Source: Octopus sinensis
Lineage: Eukaryota
Length of the DNA stretch: 64,000 nucleotides
Direction: 5' to 3'
Assembly: GCF_006345805.1 (NCBI RefSeq)
Contig: NC_042999.1
Span: 63,240,001 to 63,304,000, forward strand
Position 1 is the first letter of the stretch, and the number at the start of each line of letters is the position of its first letter. Both the position numbers and the translations under genes were made by a program. Under the pieces are notes generated by a model. The model saw nothing but the letters and a program-made list of their open reading frames with translations, did no database searches and was not told where the DNA came from. Of the stretch, positions 50,687 through 63,818 are shown one piece after another.

Positions 50687-51329
50687 CATCATCATCATCA
50701 TCATCATTTAGCGTCCGTTTTCCATGCTAGCATGGGTTGGACGGTTTAACTGGGGTCTGTGAAGCCGGAAGGCTTCATCAGGCCCAGTCAGATTTGGCAG
50801 TGTTTCTACGGCTGGATGCCCTTCCTAACGCCAACCACTCCGCGAGTGTAGTGGGTGTTTTTTACGTGCCACCTGCACAGGTGCCAGACAGAGCTGGCGA
50901 ACGGCCACGAACGGATGGTGTTTTTACGTGTCACTGGCACGGGGCCAGGCAATGCTGGCAATGGACACGAACGGATGGTGCTTTTACGTGCCACCGACAC
51001 GGGGCCAGACAGAGCTGGCAAACGGCCACGAACGGACGGTGCTTTTACGTGTCACCTGCACGGGGGCCAGCCGAGGCTGGCTACGAACACGAACGGATGG
51101 TGCTTTTACGTGCCACCGACACGGGGCCAGACAGAGCTGGCAAACGGCCACGAACGGACGGTGCTTTTACGTGTCACCTGCATGGGGGCCAGCCGAGGTT
51201 GGCAACGAACACGAACGGATGGTGCTTTTACGTGCCACGGACACGGGGCCAGACAGAGCTGGCAAACGGCCACGAACGGACGGTGCTTTTACGTGTCACC
51301 GGCACGGGGGCCAGCCTCGGCTGGCCCCC
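50687..51329 (-). mobile_element. Family C with an expanded 8-module array (61-bp period, 122-bp A/B higher-order repeat)
   Basis: Cores ggtg.ttttacgtg at ~50854, 50917, 50977, 51038, 51099, 51160, 51221, 51282. Confidence 0.92.
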
Positions 51330-52057
51330 AGACATATACATATATAGACATATATATATGTACACACACACACACACACACATATACATATATATATATA
51401 TATATATACACACACATACACGTGTGTGTGTGCGCATATGTATATATGAAAGAGAGATAATTATGTCATGGAAGAAATATGATAGCCTTTTAAAACAGTT
51501 AAATATTTAAACGGCTATCATGTGACTATCATATAATTGTCGCAGTGTATGCAGTCTCAGGTCAAGTCATTTGTGAAAAACAAGTACAATTCATATCATC
51601 ATCGCCATTTTAACATCTCCTTTTCCATGCTTCCATGGGTTAGACAAGAGCATGTCAAGGCAGAGTTTTCTACAGGGGGGATGCCTTTCCAGTCACTGAC
51701 TGCCCTCAACCTGTTTCCAAGTGGGGCAATAATTTCTCAGTCTCTCGCACAATAAACAACTTGTACAGGCTTACATAGGGAATTGGAAACACTGAAACAA
51801 GCCTTTTGTTTACAAAGATCATGCAGCGTACTGAAACATTTCTATGAGCCTGCATGTGTTTTTATAGTGAACTTAAAAGAAAGTGACACTCTTGGTGAAG
51901 CCATTGTTTACAATCAATGATTGAAACATGGAGACATGAGAGAAATATGAAACTACGCACATGCACAAACACATATAAAAAGAAAAACAACACACACACA
52001 CATATAAATAGAAAAATACACATACATACACACACGTGTGCACATATATATATATCA

Positions 52058-52330
52058 CCGTGACCGACCAGGCTATCAGATGTTGCTACACATCGCTGAT
52101 CACAATGCACTTCGCATTGTTTTAGCCTTCAAATGATGCCGCCCCACTGGCTAAGTGAGCAGGCCAACAGAAGAAAGAGTGAGAGAAAGTTGTGGTGAAA
52201 GTGTACAGCAGGGATCGCCACCACCCCCTGCTGGAGCTTAGTGGAGCTTTAGGTGTTCTCGCTCAGTAAACACTTACAACGCCCACTCTGGGAATCAAAA
52301 CTGCGATCCTAACCACTGGGCCATTGCACC

Positions 52331-52331
<1 letters not shown>
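52058..52331 (-). mobile_element. SINE family D variant
   Basis: gagtgagagaaagttgtgg..gggaatcaaaac..ctaaccactgggccattgc. Confidence 0.8.
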
Positions 52332-52368
<37 letters not shown>

Positions 52369-53089
52369 TATATAATACACACACACACAAGGGGCTTCTT
52401 TCAGTTTCTGTTTGCAAAATCCACTGACAAGGATTTGGTCAGTCTAAAGCTTGAGAAGGAATTTGGTCAAGATGCTACACAGTAGGACCAGACCCTTAAC
52501 TACTTAGATGGATCCCACTGTTTACACACACACACACACACACACACATGAATGATTTCAAACTCACCAGCATGTTGCATGAAACCTATATATAGAAAAT
52601 AATCTTTTAGCACACTACATAAAAAACTTTTAGCACACTACATATTGAGAATTTTGCCCTTTTTGCATGGAAACACAAATACTGTTTAGGCACAAGTTTG
52701 GCTGTGTGGTAAGAAGTTTGCTTGCCAATCACATAGTTCTGGGTTCAGCCTCACTGCAATGCACTTTGGGCAAATGTCTTCTATAGCTTTAAGCCAACCA
52801 AAACCTTGTCAAAGGATCTGGTAGGTGGAAACTGAAAGAAGCCTGTCGTATGTGTTTGTGTGTGTGTGAGGCTGATAGGATAAGTACCAAGCTTTAAAAA
52901 AAAGTACTGAGGTTGATTCCTTTGATTAAAAATCCTTCGAAGTAGTGTGCCCCAGCAAGGCTGAGGTCTAATGATTGAAACAAGACATACAAACACACAC
53001 ACACAAACACATTTTCATTGCATGTAAACATACGTACATGAATTTATGTTTTGTAAATATCAATGCATAAATACGTAACTACATACAAA

Positions 53090-53555
53090 CCAGTGCCACC
53101 TGACTGGCACCCATGCTGGTGGCACATAAAAAGCACCACTGAAGTGTGGGTTGATGCCAGTGCCACCTGACTGGCTCCCCATGCCAGTGGCACGTGAAAA
53201 GCACCATCTGAACGTGGCTGATGCCAGTGCCGCCTGACTGGCTCCTATGCTGGTGGCATGTAATAAGTACCTATTTCTTTCCTACCCACAAGGGGCTAAA
53301 CACAGAGATGACAAACAAGGACAGACAAACAGATTAAGTCGATTATATCAACTCCAGAGCGTAACTGGTACTTAATTTATCGACTCCGAAAGGATGAAAG
53401 GCAAAGTCGACCTCGGCGGAATTTTAACTCACAACATAATGGCAGACGAAATACCGCTAAGCATTTCGGCCGGCGTGCTAACGTTTCTGCCAGCTTGCCG
53501 CATGTAATAAGTACCATGCGAGCGTGGTCGATGCCAGTGCCACCTGACTGACTCT
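53090..53555 (+). mobile_element. Family C modules interrupted by SINE B (53272-53500, minus)
   Basis: 16-bp TSD gcatgtaataagtacc at 53256 and 53500. Confidence 0.85.
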
Positions 53556-54039
53556 GTTCATTATCATCTTCATCATTTAGCACCCAGCTTCCATTCTGGA
53601 TTTGACAGTTGGACAAAGTCTGCCAAATCAGAAGACTGTCATGCATCAATGTCTACTTTGGCATGGTTTCTACAGCAGCATGTCCTTCCTAATGCCAACC
53701 ACTCACCTTAGTGAGCTGGGTGCTTTTTTTCATGGCAGCTGCGCTAGTGATGATCACCTCATAATGTTCAAGGCTAAGGCCTTAAAATTCCCCCCATAAC
53801 TTGAGAGAGAGCAGAGTGGGCAATGATCCTAGATGAAGGAATGAGGGATGATAAATAAGAGGAGGGGGTGGGGGAGCATAGCAGGGAACTATGGAGGAGG
53901 GAAGGGATTAGTGACAGGACTGAGTAAAAGGAAAGGAAAGGATAGAATAAGAAAAGTCATAGGGTGGATTGTGTAAGCGGGTGGTAGTCTAGTGCTCTCC
54001 AACATTTCAAGAAGTGTGAGTATGGACAGAAGGTGTGTG

Positions 54040-54046
54040 TATGTAT

Positions 54047-54094
<48 letters not shown>

Positions 54095-54520
54095 CCACAG
54101 AGTGGTGGATAAAATAGGTAAGTAAAAAAGTAGGAAGACAGACAGACATAGATAGACAGAGAGACAGATAGATAGACAGATAGACAGACATATAGATATA
54201 CAAACATAGACAGACAGATAGATAGACAGACAGACAGATAGATATACAAACATAGACAGACAGACAACCAGATAGCTAGCTAGATAGATGGATAAACAGA
54301 TAGATAGACAGACAGATAGATGGATAGATAGGTAGATAGATGGCTAAATAGATGGATAGATAGATGGCTAAATAGATAGATAGATAGACAAACAGACAGA
54401 CAGCCAGATAGACAAACAGGTGAGGTGAGTAGATAGGTATGTAAGTAAATAAGTATGAAGGTAGATAGGTAAGTACATAGCCAAGTAAGTAGATAGACAA
54501 ATATGTAAGTAGACAGAGAC

Positions 54521-54565
<45 letters not shown>

Positions 54566-54610
54566 TGTGTGTGTGTGTGTGTATGTGTATACATACATAC
54601 ACACACATAT
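54040..54610. repeat. (CA)n, (GATA/GACA)n and (TA)n compound microsatellite
   Basis: Direct reading. Confidence 0.95.
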
Positions 54611-55210
54611 CTCTTATATATTGTGCACCTTGTGAACTCCAAGGAAATATTCCTGATAGCTAGACAAGGGTTTCTCTAGATATTTTCGAGTATTCCACGA
54701 GCGAGCGCGCATTAAGAAAATAAAACCCCGTTAGGCCACAACCATAAAAACCAGAAGAAAAAAAAACAACAAAGCAATAGTCTACAAAAAGGAAGAAAAA
54801 AAATGTGAAGAATGACATAAGGTATGTGACAACTATGCAAAGTATTTCAAAGAGGGAGGCGGATGAGGAGGGGGAGGAGAGAGAGTGGTGAAGCAGCTGA
54901 GTGGGAGATGGTCACACAGAATAGATTCTTACTGACTTTTCACAATGAGTCTTTGATCTCCTCCTCCCGTGACATAAAACTATGCCTCCCATCATTGGGA
55001 GATCCAGTTCCACGCAGACCATCTGATAACAGTGAACATTGATATTGCCGGAGATTAATACAGCAAAACATATGCACTGGCACAGAATAGAAATAAACAC
55101 CCAATACAAACCATATAAACACAGTAACATATTATACACACACACACATACACATATGTATGTATATGTACATATGTTTATTTCTATTTTGTGTCAGCAC
55201 ATGTTTTGCT

Positions 55211-55260
<50 letters not shown>

Positions 55261-55261
55261 G

Positions 55262-55505
55262 CATGCATGCACACACATATACACACGCAGATACACATAC
55301 ATTAATATATATATATATACATGCACACACACATATACACACGCAGATACACACATACATTAAGATATATATACATGCACACACATATACACATGCAGAT
55401 ACACACATACATTAAGATATATATACATGCACACACATATACACACGCAGATACACACATACATTAATATATATATACATGCACACATATATACAGACAC
55501 ATGCA
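55262..55505. repeat. ~52-56 bp minisatellite, about 4.5 copies
   Basis: gcagatacac..atacattaa recurs at ~55287, 55343, 55395, 55447. Confidence 0.85.
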
Positions 55506-55813
55506 TAAATATATACACAAAAACACAAATATACATAGACATATATACAGGCATACTTTTATTTGTTTCAATCATTTGACCTTGACCAGACTGGAGCACA
55601 CTGTCTTTGGTAGTATTATTCATTCAAATCGATGTCAATACTTATAAATCTGATACTAATTCTATCAGTTGCTGTTGTTTACATCCCGACAGCTGGTGTT
55701 TTGCACAGATGTAAACAAACCTACAGTGACCGTCAAATAGTGAGAGACAAAGACAACAGGCACGCACACACACACAGAGGTAAATGTATGCGTGTGTGTA
55801 TAATATATATATA

Positions 55814-55886
<73 letters not shown>

Positions 55887-55887
55887 A

Positions 55888-56246
55888 GGTCGGTAGGTAG
55901 ACACAAGCATAAATATGCACATTATCATCTGGCCACACAGCTTGTACGGATTCCCGTGACTGTCGCCATCCAATTCTATTGTTTATCATGTTTGGCTGCT
56001 GAGAGGAATTGCAGTTTATGTTGTCACAAATCTGCTCATCATCCTCTGCCAAGCTCTTCCTTGTGTGTAGGTTCCCACAACAGAACTTCACTTACAATTT
56101 CGTCTTTTAGCACATTATACGTAAATGTATATATACATATTTGCATAAGTATACGCACACACATACAAGCGTTTTATACATAATTACATAAACAAAAATT
56201 AGCTAAGAGAAATAACCCAGAGAAGTCAGTGACATGTATCTGAACG

Positions 56247-56279
<33 letters not shown>

Positions 56280-56637
56280 GGTCGGTAGGTAGACACAAGC
56301 ATAAATATGCACATTATCATCTGGCCACACAGCTTGTACGGATTCCCGTGACTGTCGCCATCCAATTCTATTGTTTATCATGTTTGGCTGCTGAGAGGAA
56401 TTGCAGTTTATGTTGTCACAAATCTGCTCATCATCCTCTGCCAAGCTCTTCCTTGTGTGTAGGTTCCCACAACAGAACTTCACTTACAATTTCGTCTTTT
56501 AGCACATTATACGTAAATGTATATATACATATTTGCATAAGTATACGCACACACATACAAGCGTTTTATACATAATTACATAAACAAAAATTAGCTAAGA
56601 GAAATAACCCAGAGAAGTCAGTGACATGTATCTGAAC

Positions 56638-56638
<1 letters not shown>
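55888..56638. repeat. Apparently identical tandem duplication, 392-bp period, (TA)n-bounded
   Basis: 55888-56246 equals 56280-56638 by eye; ORF track offsets are also 392. Confidence 0.93.
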
Positions 56639-56669
<31 letters not shown>

Positions 56670-56672
<3 letters not shown>

Positions 56673-56992
56673 TGCAGGAGTGACTGCATGGTAAGTAGCT
56701 TGCTTACGAACCACATGGTTGCGGGTTCAGTCCCACTGCGTGGCACCTTGGGCAAGTGTCTTCTACTATAGCCTCGAGCCGACCAAAGCCTTGTGAGTGG
56801 ATTTGGTAGACAGAAACTGAAAGAGGTCTGTCGTATATATGTATGTATGTATATATGTGCATGTGTGTGTGTGTGTGTTTGTCCCCCCAACATTACTTGA
56901 CAATCGATGCTGCTGTGTTTACGTCCCCGTCACTCAGTGGTTCGCCAAAAGAGCCCGATAGAATAAGTACTAGGCTTACAAAGAATAAGTCC
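56670..56992 (+). mobile_element. SINE family A
   Basis: Consensus match, 3' truncated. Confidence 0.88.
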
Positions 56993-58714
56993 CATATATA
57001 TATATATATATATACATATGAAAACTGGCCTCACAATGTTTCATCTAACTGAAATGAGAACAAAGAACTAGGACACTGGCAACACCCACTGCTAGAGAAA
57101 ATTTGCCCACCATTCAAGCATAGTGAAGCCAACATTTAAAATGGTAAATTCCAAAAATTAAGCAGAAACACAACAAAGGAACAAAAAGAAAATTCACACA
57201 CAAGACACAGACATTGCTTTTTCTTCATCAGTTATTGAAAAAAATTCTTACAATGTTATGCTTTTGGTATAGAGGCCAGAAGCTTTACTATGTATGTATC
57301 TGTGTGAGTGCATGTGTATATGCACAAATTTGGGTCTCTCAGCCAATATGTCTGTCATGTCAATAACCCAACCCAGTCTTTGATATCCCCTTACCTTCCT
57401 ATTACTCATCTCCATTTTGTATCTACCGTCATTCTCTTGTAACTTGCCTCTCCCCCATCTTGATTCTTCTTCTGTCATTGCTCCCACTTCTCTTCATCTC
57501 CTTAGACATTGCACCTTGAGGGAACAAACACATCGGAGAATAGTGAGGACTCCCTAGTCAGGTAGGATACAAAGCAAATTCACTGGTGTTGGCACCATAA
57601 TAAAATGCACCAAATAAACTCAATAAAAGATTTGGTGAATGACAGAAGACAATGACAAACCAGTGCTGGTGCCATAAAAAATCCATGCAATACATTCCAT
57701 GAAGGACTCGGGGATAGAATAGGTAACTAATCATAGAAACCAAGCCAAAAATGAAACAGACAAGCAAGATGTGGTCTTCTAGTCCATCTAGATGACTGAC
57801 TCCAAATATGAACCGACTTCCACGCTAACAACCTATCTAACCCTGTATGGCAAGTGGATATTAAGTGATGATGATATAAAAAAATATGTGTGCATTTGCA
57901 CACATATACACTATATCCATTCATTTGCTGGTCAAGAACCAGGATAGGTTCATGATAACAGAGATTGAGTGATTAGAATGAACTGGTGGACAACAGTGGG
58001 TGATGGGTGTTGTTAACAAGTGGTGTAGGGAAGAGAGAGTGGTGACTGACATTAGAGAGGGAGATGTCACTGAGTGCAAACAACTCCAATGTAAACCTTT
58101 ATATATAAGCCTCATAGTGGGAGAGAGAGAGAGGAAAGTGACAAGGTGTGTGTGGGGGGGCTGTATACTGATAAGTCCAATCACATCATGCTTTATATAG
58201 GCAGTGTGGTATAAAAGGAGAGACCTGCTGCCACTCAACAGTATAACATAGTGAACAGAAGAGAGTGAGTGATGGAAAGATGAATGATTCACACATACAC
58301 AAACACACACTTTGGAATCTGATATCAACACAGGGCCAGAATTGTTTAAAAGTAGAAATATAATTGATTAACTTTACTGTTGGTTGACATAATATTCAAT
58401 GTTGAATAAATACAGTCACATGTAATGGAGACCTATGTAAAAGAAAAAAAAATCCATAGCCACACCTACATACACACATGCAACCATGCGGAAGTCAACG
58501 CTGAAATTTATTTAGTTGAAAATCTGAAGAATGAAGAGCAGTCTTGTCTCAACATAGTCACCTATACCCACCTTCAAAATCTGTGGCTTTATGTGAATAT
58601 TAAGTTAGGGGTAGGGAACTCTTTGCGTGTGAGTGACATTTTACTTGCATTTATATTTGAAATTACCCACACACAAAATCTCTACAAGCCTAAATGTAAA
58701 AATATATTCTTGAT

Positions 58715-58948
58715 TGTTCCTTCTCGAGCCACGCCTGGCTCATAGGGCTGGTTTCCCGGTTTCCTTGGCGTATGGGTTCCCCACCTGGACGGGACACCAG
58801 TCTGCCGCAGGTGAGCTGCAAGATGCAGGAGGTAAGAGTGAGAGAAAGTTGTGGCGAAAGAGTCAGCAGAAGTTCACCATTACCTTCTGCCAGAGCCGCG
58901 TGGAGCTTAGGTGTTTCGCTCATAAATACACACATCGCCTGGTCTGAG
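58715..58948 (-). mobile_element. SINE family D, 5' truncated
   Basis: Reverse complement of 28985-29190. Confidence 0.85.
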
Positions 58949-59219
58949 TAAAAATATATAAAATACCAAAATGTTTTCTTTAAATGGTTTAAATCTACAG
59001 GCCAAAACTAATTTAATATATATCACATACCCATGAATTTGTAAAATTAAAGATTCAATATCTTTTAGCTATAGATGTGTCCCAAAAAGTTCTTATATGC
59101 AAGCATTTCCCCACTAGTTTTAAGGAAAAAATAACTTCCTGGCTCTGCTCTAAGCTTTATGATTTTTACTTTCATTACATTCAGTGAAAGTATTTTGTAA
59201 TTTTTATAATTATTCTATT

Positions 59220-59675
59220 CGAAATCAAACTTGGTGACTGGTATCTGTTGCTAGCGGAGCGCTAAGAGTACCATACGAGTGAGATCGTTGCCAGAGCAAC
59301 AAGCTGGCCTTCGTGCCGATGGCACGTACTAAGCACACCATTCAAGTGTGATTGTTACTGCATCGCCTTACTAGCACTTGTGCTGGTGGCATGGGAAACA
59401 TTCAAGCGAGGTCGTCGCCAGTGTCACTGGACTGGCTCCTGTGCAGGTGGCACATAAAAAGCACCATTTGGGCATGGCCATTGCCAGTACCACCAAACTG
59501 GCCCTCGTGCCGGTGGCACATAAATGCACCCACTACACTCTCGGAGTGGTTGGCGTTAGGAAGAGGATCCAGCTGTAGAAACTCTGCCAGATCAGATTGG
59601 AGTCTGGTTCGCCAGACCTGTCTAAATCGTCCAACCCAAGCTAGCATGGAAAGCGGACGTTAAATGATGATGATA
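59220..59675 (+). mobile_element. Family C with ~5 modules
   Basis: Similar to the 17092 copy. Confidence 0.88.
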
Positions 59676-59962
59676 TTCTGTATATTCTGCATGTATCCTA
59701 GTCTTAAAATGGGAATAGTGTATATCTGCGTCTCATGGAAACTGACTAAGAGGGTTGGCACCAGGCTCCAAAAAAGGGAACACTGTCTCTTAAAGAGGGA
59801 ACCAGAGTGAGTATGATTAATGCCATGGGGCCCAGTGTTTTATCAGGGAAAATGACTCAGCAACATTTGCTGTTTATTAACTCAATCATTACAGATGGAC
59901 AATATTTCGACATTTACTTTTACATTCACAACATTACAACCAATTTGGTCTCTGATTGTCAT

Positions 59963-60360
59963 TAGGCATAGGAGTGGTTGTGTGGTAAGTACCTTGCTTA
60001 CCAACCACATGGTTCCGGGTTCAGTCCTACTGCGTGGCACCTTGGGCATCTTCTACTATAGCCTCGGGCCAACCAAAGCCTTGTGAGTGGATTTGGTCGA
60101 CGGAAACTGAAAGAAACCCGTCGTATATATGTGTATATATATATATGTATGTATGTGTGTTTGTGTTTGTTCCCCCAACATCGCTTGACAACCGATGCTG
60201 GGTGTGTTTACATCCCTGTAACTTAGCGGTTCGGCAAAAGAGACCAATAGAATATGTACTAGGCTTACAAAGAATAAGTCCAAGGGTTGATTTGCTCGAC
60301 CAAAGGTGGTGCTCCAGCATGGCCGCAGTCAAATGACTGAAACCAGTAAAAGAGTAAAAG
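59963..60360 (+). mobile_element. SINE family A
   Basis: Full copy with gtaaaagagtaaaag tail. Confidence 0.9.
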
Positions 60361-61475
60361 CTGTCTTAGTCCTGAATGTGTACAAAAGCCTTTTCTCAAT
60401 TCAAACCTGAAAATATAACTTCTATGTAACACAAATGTATATACTGAATCAAAAAATATATAAATTTAACTCTAAAAAGTACCTCTCATAGTTTATTAAA
60501 TGAATAATTGTTTCAGTTTAGGCACAAGGCCAGCAATTTTGAGGAGATGAGTTTAAAAGAATAATTAAAAATTATTATTTATTCAAGAATGGCAGTAGTC
60601 AGGATTGGTGCAGTGCCAATCATTCAGGTTTTAATTAAGTCTCTTTATGTCTTGAATGTCTTATTAGAAAAACAGACAATATTTAGTGAGCATTCCTACC
60701 AGGGTCAGTAAGTACTTTGTATATTGTTCTCTCTTCATCTCATACAGAATGGTGGAGTTGATGACATTCAATTTGAACATCCATAGGTTGATGGAAGTAG
60801 GAAAAAAATGTAAACAGGGAGAGAATTTCAGAAGGCCTCAGTGTGAAGGAAGGGAAACAAAGTGTTTGGTGTGAGGTAAGACACAGGGATCAAGGCAAGA
60901 TGAGATGTTAAAGACAGCAGAAGTGATGTGCAACTTGTTTGATATCCAGAGGATCAGTTATCAACTAGTTATTGTAGATATTTCTATATTTAGTTTAGTC
61001 CAGTTATTCTCAAGGCTCAAAAGTCACAGGTAACATTCCCAAAAGATCTAGCCTCTATTCTTGTAGATGAGGTGAGGTAGTAAGTATTCTAGTCTGAACA
61101 AATTAAATGCTTGCAACAGATTTGACTTATGAGTATGCAGTTAAATATGTTATCCACTCAGCCATTCCATCTCTACGTTTTATAGGTTTTATTGAAGTAA
61201 ATGTGTTTCTTTCACTGAACATGTTCAACAGAGCAAAGAAAACAATTCAAATATCATAAGTATTTATAAAGTGAAACAATCAACACCTAGGGAGTTGTGT
61301 GAGAATTCCTCAATAAACACTCTAAACCTACTGAAAATGCTTTGGTACAAACCTTAAACAGCCTAGCTGTTTGGTTTGGGCACCTGTCATTTACACACAC
61401 ACACAAATAAAACTTGAGTACATATCTCACAAATTAGAAAATGACAATTGTATGAATCTTTTTAGTATCTTTTCT

Positions 61476-61683
61476 TCATCGTCAGCGTTTAACGCCCACT
61501 TTCCATGCTAGCATGGGTTGGATGTATGACTGAGGGCTGATGAACCAGATGGCTGCACCAGGCTTCAATCTTGATCTGGCAGAGTTTCTACAGCTGGATG
61601 CCCTTCCTAACGCCAACCACTCCGAGAGTGTAGTGGGTGCTTTTACATGCCACCGGCATGGGGCCAGTCAGGCGGCACTGGCA
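61476..61683 (-). mobile_element. Family C, 5' truncated
   Basis: Consensus 3' end. Confidence 0.85.
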
Positions 61684-62878
61684 CTTGTTGATATAATATA
61701 TAAATCATATCTCCTTTAAAAGGATATGTGTATTATCAACATCCACGAGCAAGTAAGACAGCTACTAAGTACTTCATTAAAATAGAAAGGACCACTTTGC
61801 CAATGCAACTATAACAGTTTCTATTTTTGAACTAAAAAGCTTCTGCCCATGCCCAAGTGGTACATCTATTTGTCATCCCTGCTGTACCTCATTCTCAATC
61901 AAATCATGCACTTCACTAAAGGTAGTGAAATTCAAGGATCTATGGCTACTTAATTCTTACATTCTTGTAGTGCGATCTCTTGATAACTCTTCCAGTCCAA
62001 TTAGAAATGAAAGATTCTGATGAAATGCAGTAAGTCCAATATAAAAATCATAGAAATATAAGTATAGCATGAAGCTAGTTGATATGATAATAATGATTGT
62101 TGGTATACACATTATGAATATAGTTTTTACGCATTGTTATTTTTATCTGTCATCATGTCACAGTCAGGTAAGTTGAATACAGGTAGGTTAATTACATGTA
62201 GGTGTTTTCATATATAATTACAAGATATTAATTCCTGAGCGTTGATTTTCTCTCTCAGAATTAAATTTGTGTTTCAGTTAGTCTCTGTCATTCAGCAGCT
62301 GTACAACTATCATGAGTAAAAGCAGTCTGAGATTTGCTTTCATCTTATCCACTGATGTAATGAAGGTGGTGTTGGCCTGCTGATGTGCATGCTTTGTAGT
62401 TTCATCATTCATCCTGACAAATATTTCTTTCGGACGAAAAAAAAATACTCAACGGGCTGTTTCTAAGTTCAAAGTATATTTATGATGTTACTGTTATTTA
62501 TTTAAAACAAATGTTTTAAAACTAAAAAAGCACTCAGAGAGCACAAACCTCTGCCAAGCAGCTCATTTCCACCCATATAAACACATGCTGAAAATTGCCC
62601 AATTTCCCAAACCAACGTCAGCAAAAACATAACCTCTTTGGCGGGGGGTAAAAAAAAAATAACCCTAACCTTACCAAACTAAACCTACCTACCTTGGGCA
62701 AGTGCCTTCTACTACAGCCTTGGGCAGACCAAAGTCTTGTGAGAGGCTTGAAAACTTGCTTGAATAATCAAAAATTCAGATGACTGATGTTTGAACAACT
62801 GAGGTTTGGTCGTATTAAGTCTTCTTTTTATTCATATACATTCATAAAACTTATACAATCATACCCTCAATTTACTCT

Positions 62879-63498
62879 TCTATAATATAAATTGGACACA
62901 GGCAATCATTGTATTCTTTCTTGTCTTGAGGTTCACAGCCAAATGGCTGGGTAGATTTGTGTGAAAAATGGCACAAATGTGAAAATGGATGCATAGATTG
63001 GAATGTGGTTTGTATTTTTTTCCTAGCTCCCATAGTTACCGAGAAATTTGATTAAAACTTTTGTAAAGCAATTTCCCTGTTTATTCCGCTATTAAAACAA
63101 CCAGTTGCTCACACAGCAGGGGCATGCACACACACACTCACACATGTCCATTTCATATATCTTCTTTCAATTTGTGCTCTGCAAATAAAATTTTTTATGG
63201 ATACAACTGCTTACAAAGATAGGGATTAATTTATAATTTCTTTCTATGTTCATAATTAAATCAATGTTTTAATGATTAGACAGAAGTCCAATAGAATAGC
63301 TCTCAGAAACAGACTACGTACAAATTTGTTCTTCACAACTCCGGAAGCTGTTTTCTGACATGGTTGGGGGAGTCAGGAAATTTTCATTCATCAGGAGGCT
63401 CCAATCGAAACGGACCCGAAATGATGTTGAGAAACGCTGTTATAGATTATGCCTAACCGAAAACGATCACAGCCACATCATCCAGGCTTAGCTGCTAG
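62879..63498 (+). mobile_element. Older non-autonomous Helitron-like element
   Basis: TCtataatataa start, ..cacagccaaatggctgggtagattt..gaaaaatggcaca motif typical of Helitron 5' regions, ends gctgCTAG. Confidence 0.45.
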
Positions 63499-63818
63499 TC
63501 TCTATATATAAACGGCAAAATGTCTGAGTCCTTTATACAAATCCACAATTTTTCAGTTAGAGGGCTTGCACTTTCTATGGTCATTCAAAAACCGTCCAAG
63601 GGTGGTTGTGCACATCTTTACATTTCCCCAGTCACCCTGCAAAGCCATTAAAAAATCAATAGAAGTGACTTTTTTGTGAATTTTCTATCCAAAACCCAAT
63701 CAAAATTTCCGAAACTTGATACGCCAATTGAATGCCAGCTAGCTGTATGTGCGCACGCACACAGCTGTATATGTATGCACTAGCACTATGACCCGGCAAC
63801 GCCGGGTCATAGTGCTAG
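63499..63818 (+). mobile_element. Non-autonomous Helitron, 320 bp
   Basis: TCtctatatata start; terminal palindrome ctagcactatgacccggc-aac-gccgggtcatagtgCTAG|T; matches 4465-5111. Confidence 0.88.

Noticed and set aside
50737-51510. 257-aa and 201-aa ORFs, and a CRISPR-like repeat/spacer appearance
   Set aside because: The ORFs come from a stop-free tandem repeat. The spacers are repeated rather than unique, there are no cas genes, the context is eukaryotic, and the array belongs to a retroposon.
56005-56050. Minus-strand ATGATGA-gcag..ctgc hammerhead-like fragment in the 392-bp duplicate
   Set aside because: Lacks C3, GAAA and stem III
60690-60960. Possible L2/CR1-like ORF end on the minus strand (HFFPTSINLW)
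   Set aside because: Only one short motif; too decayed to support
62130-62173. Plus-strand cagtcAG|GTaagt juxtaposition
   Set aside because: Weak, interrupted pyrimidine tract and opposite strand to the better candidates; compatible with chance
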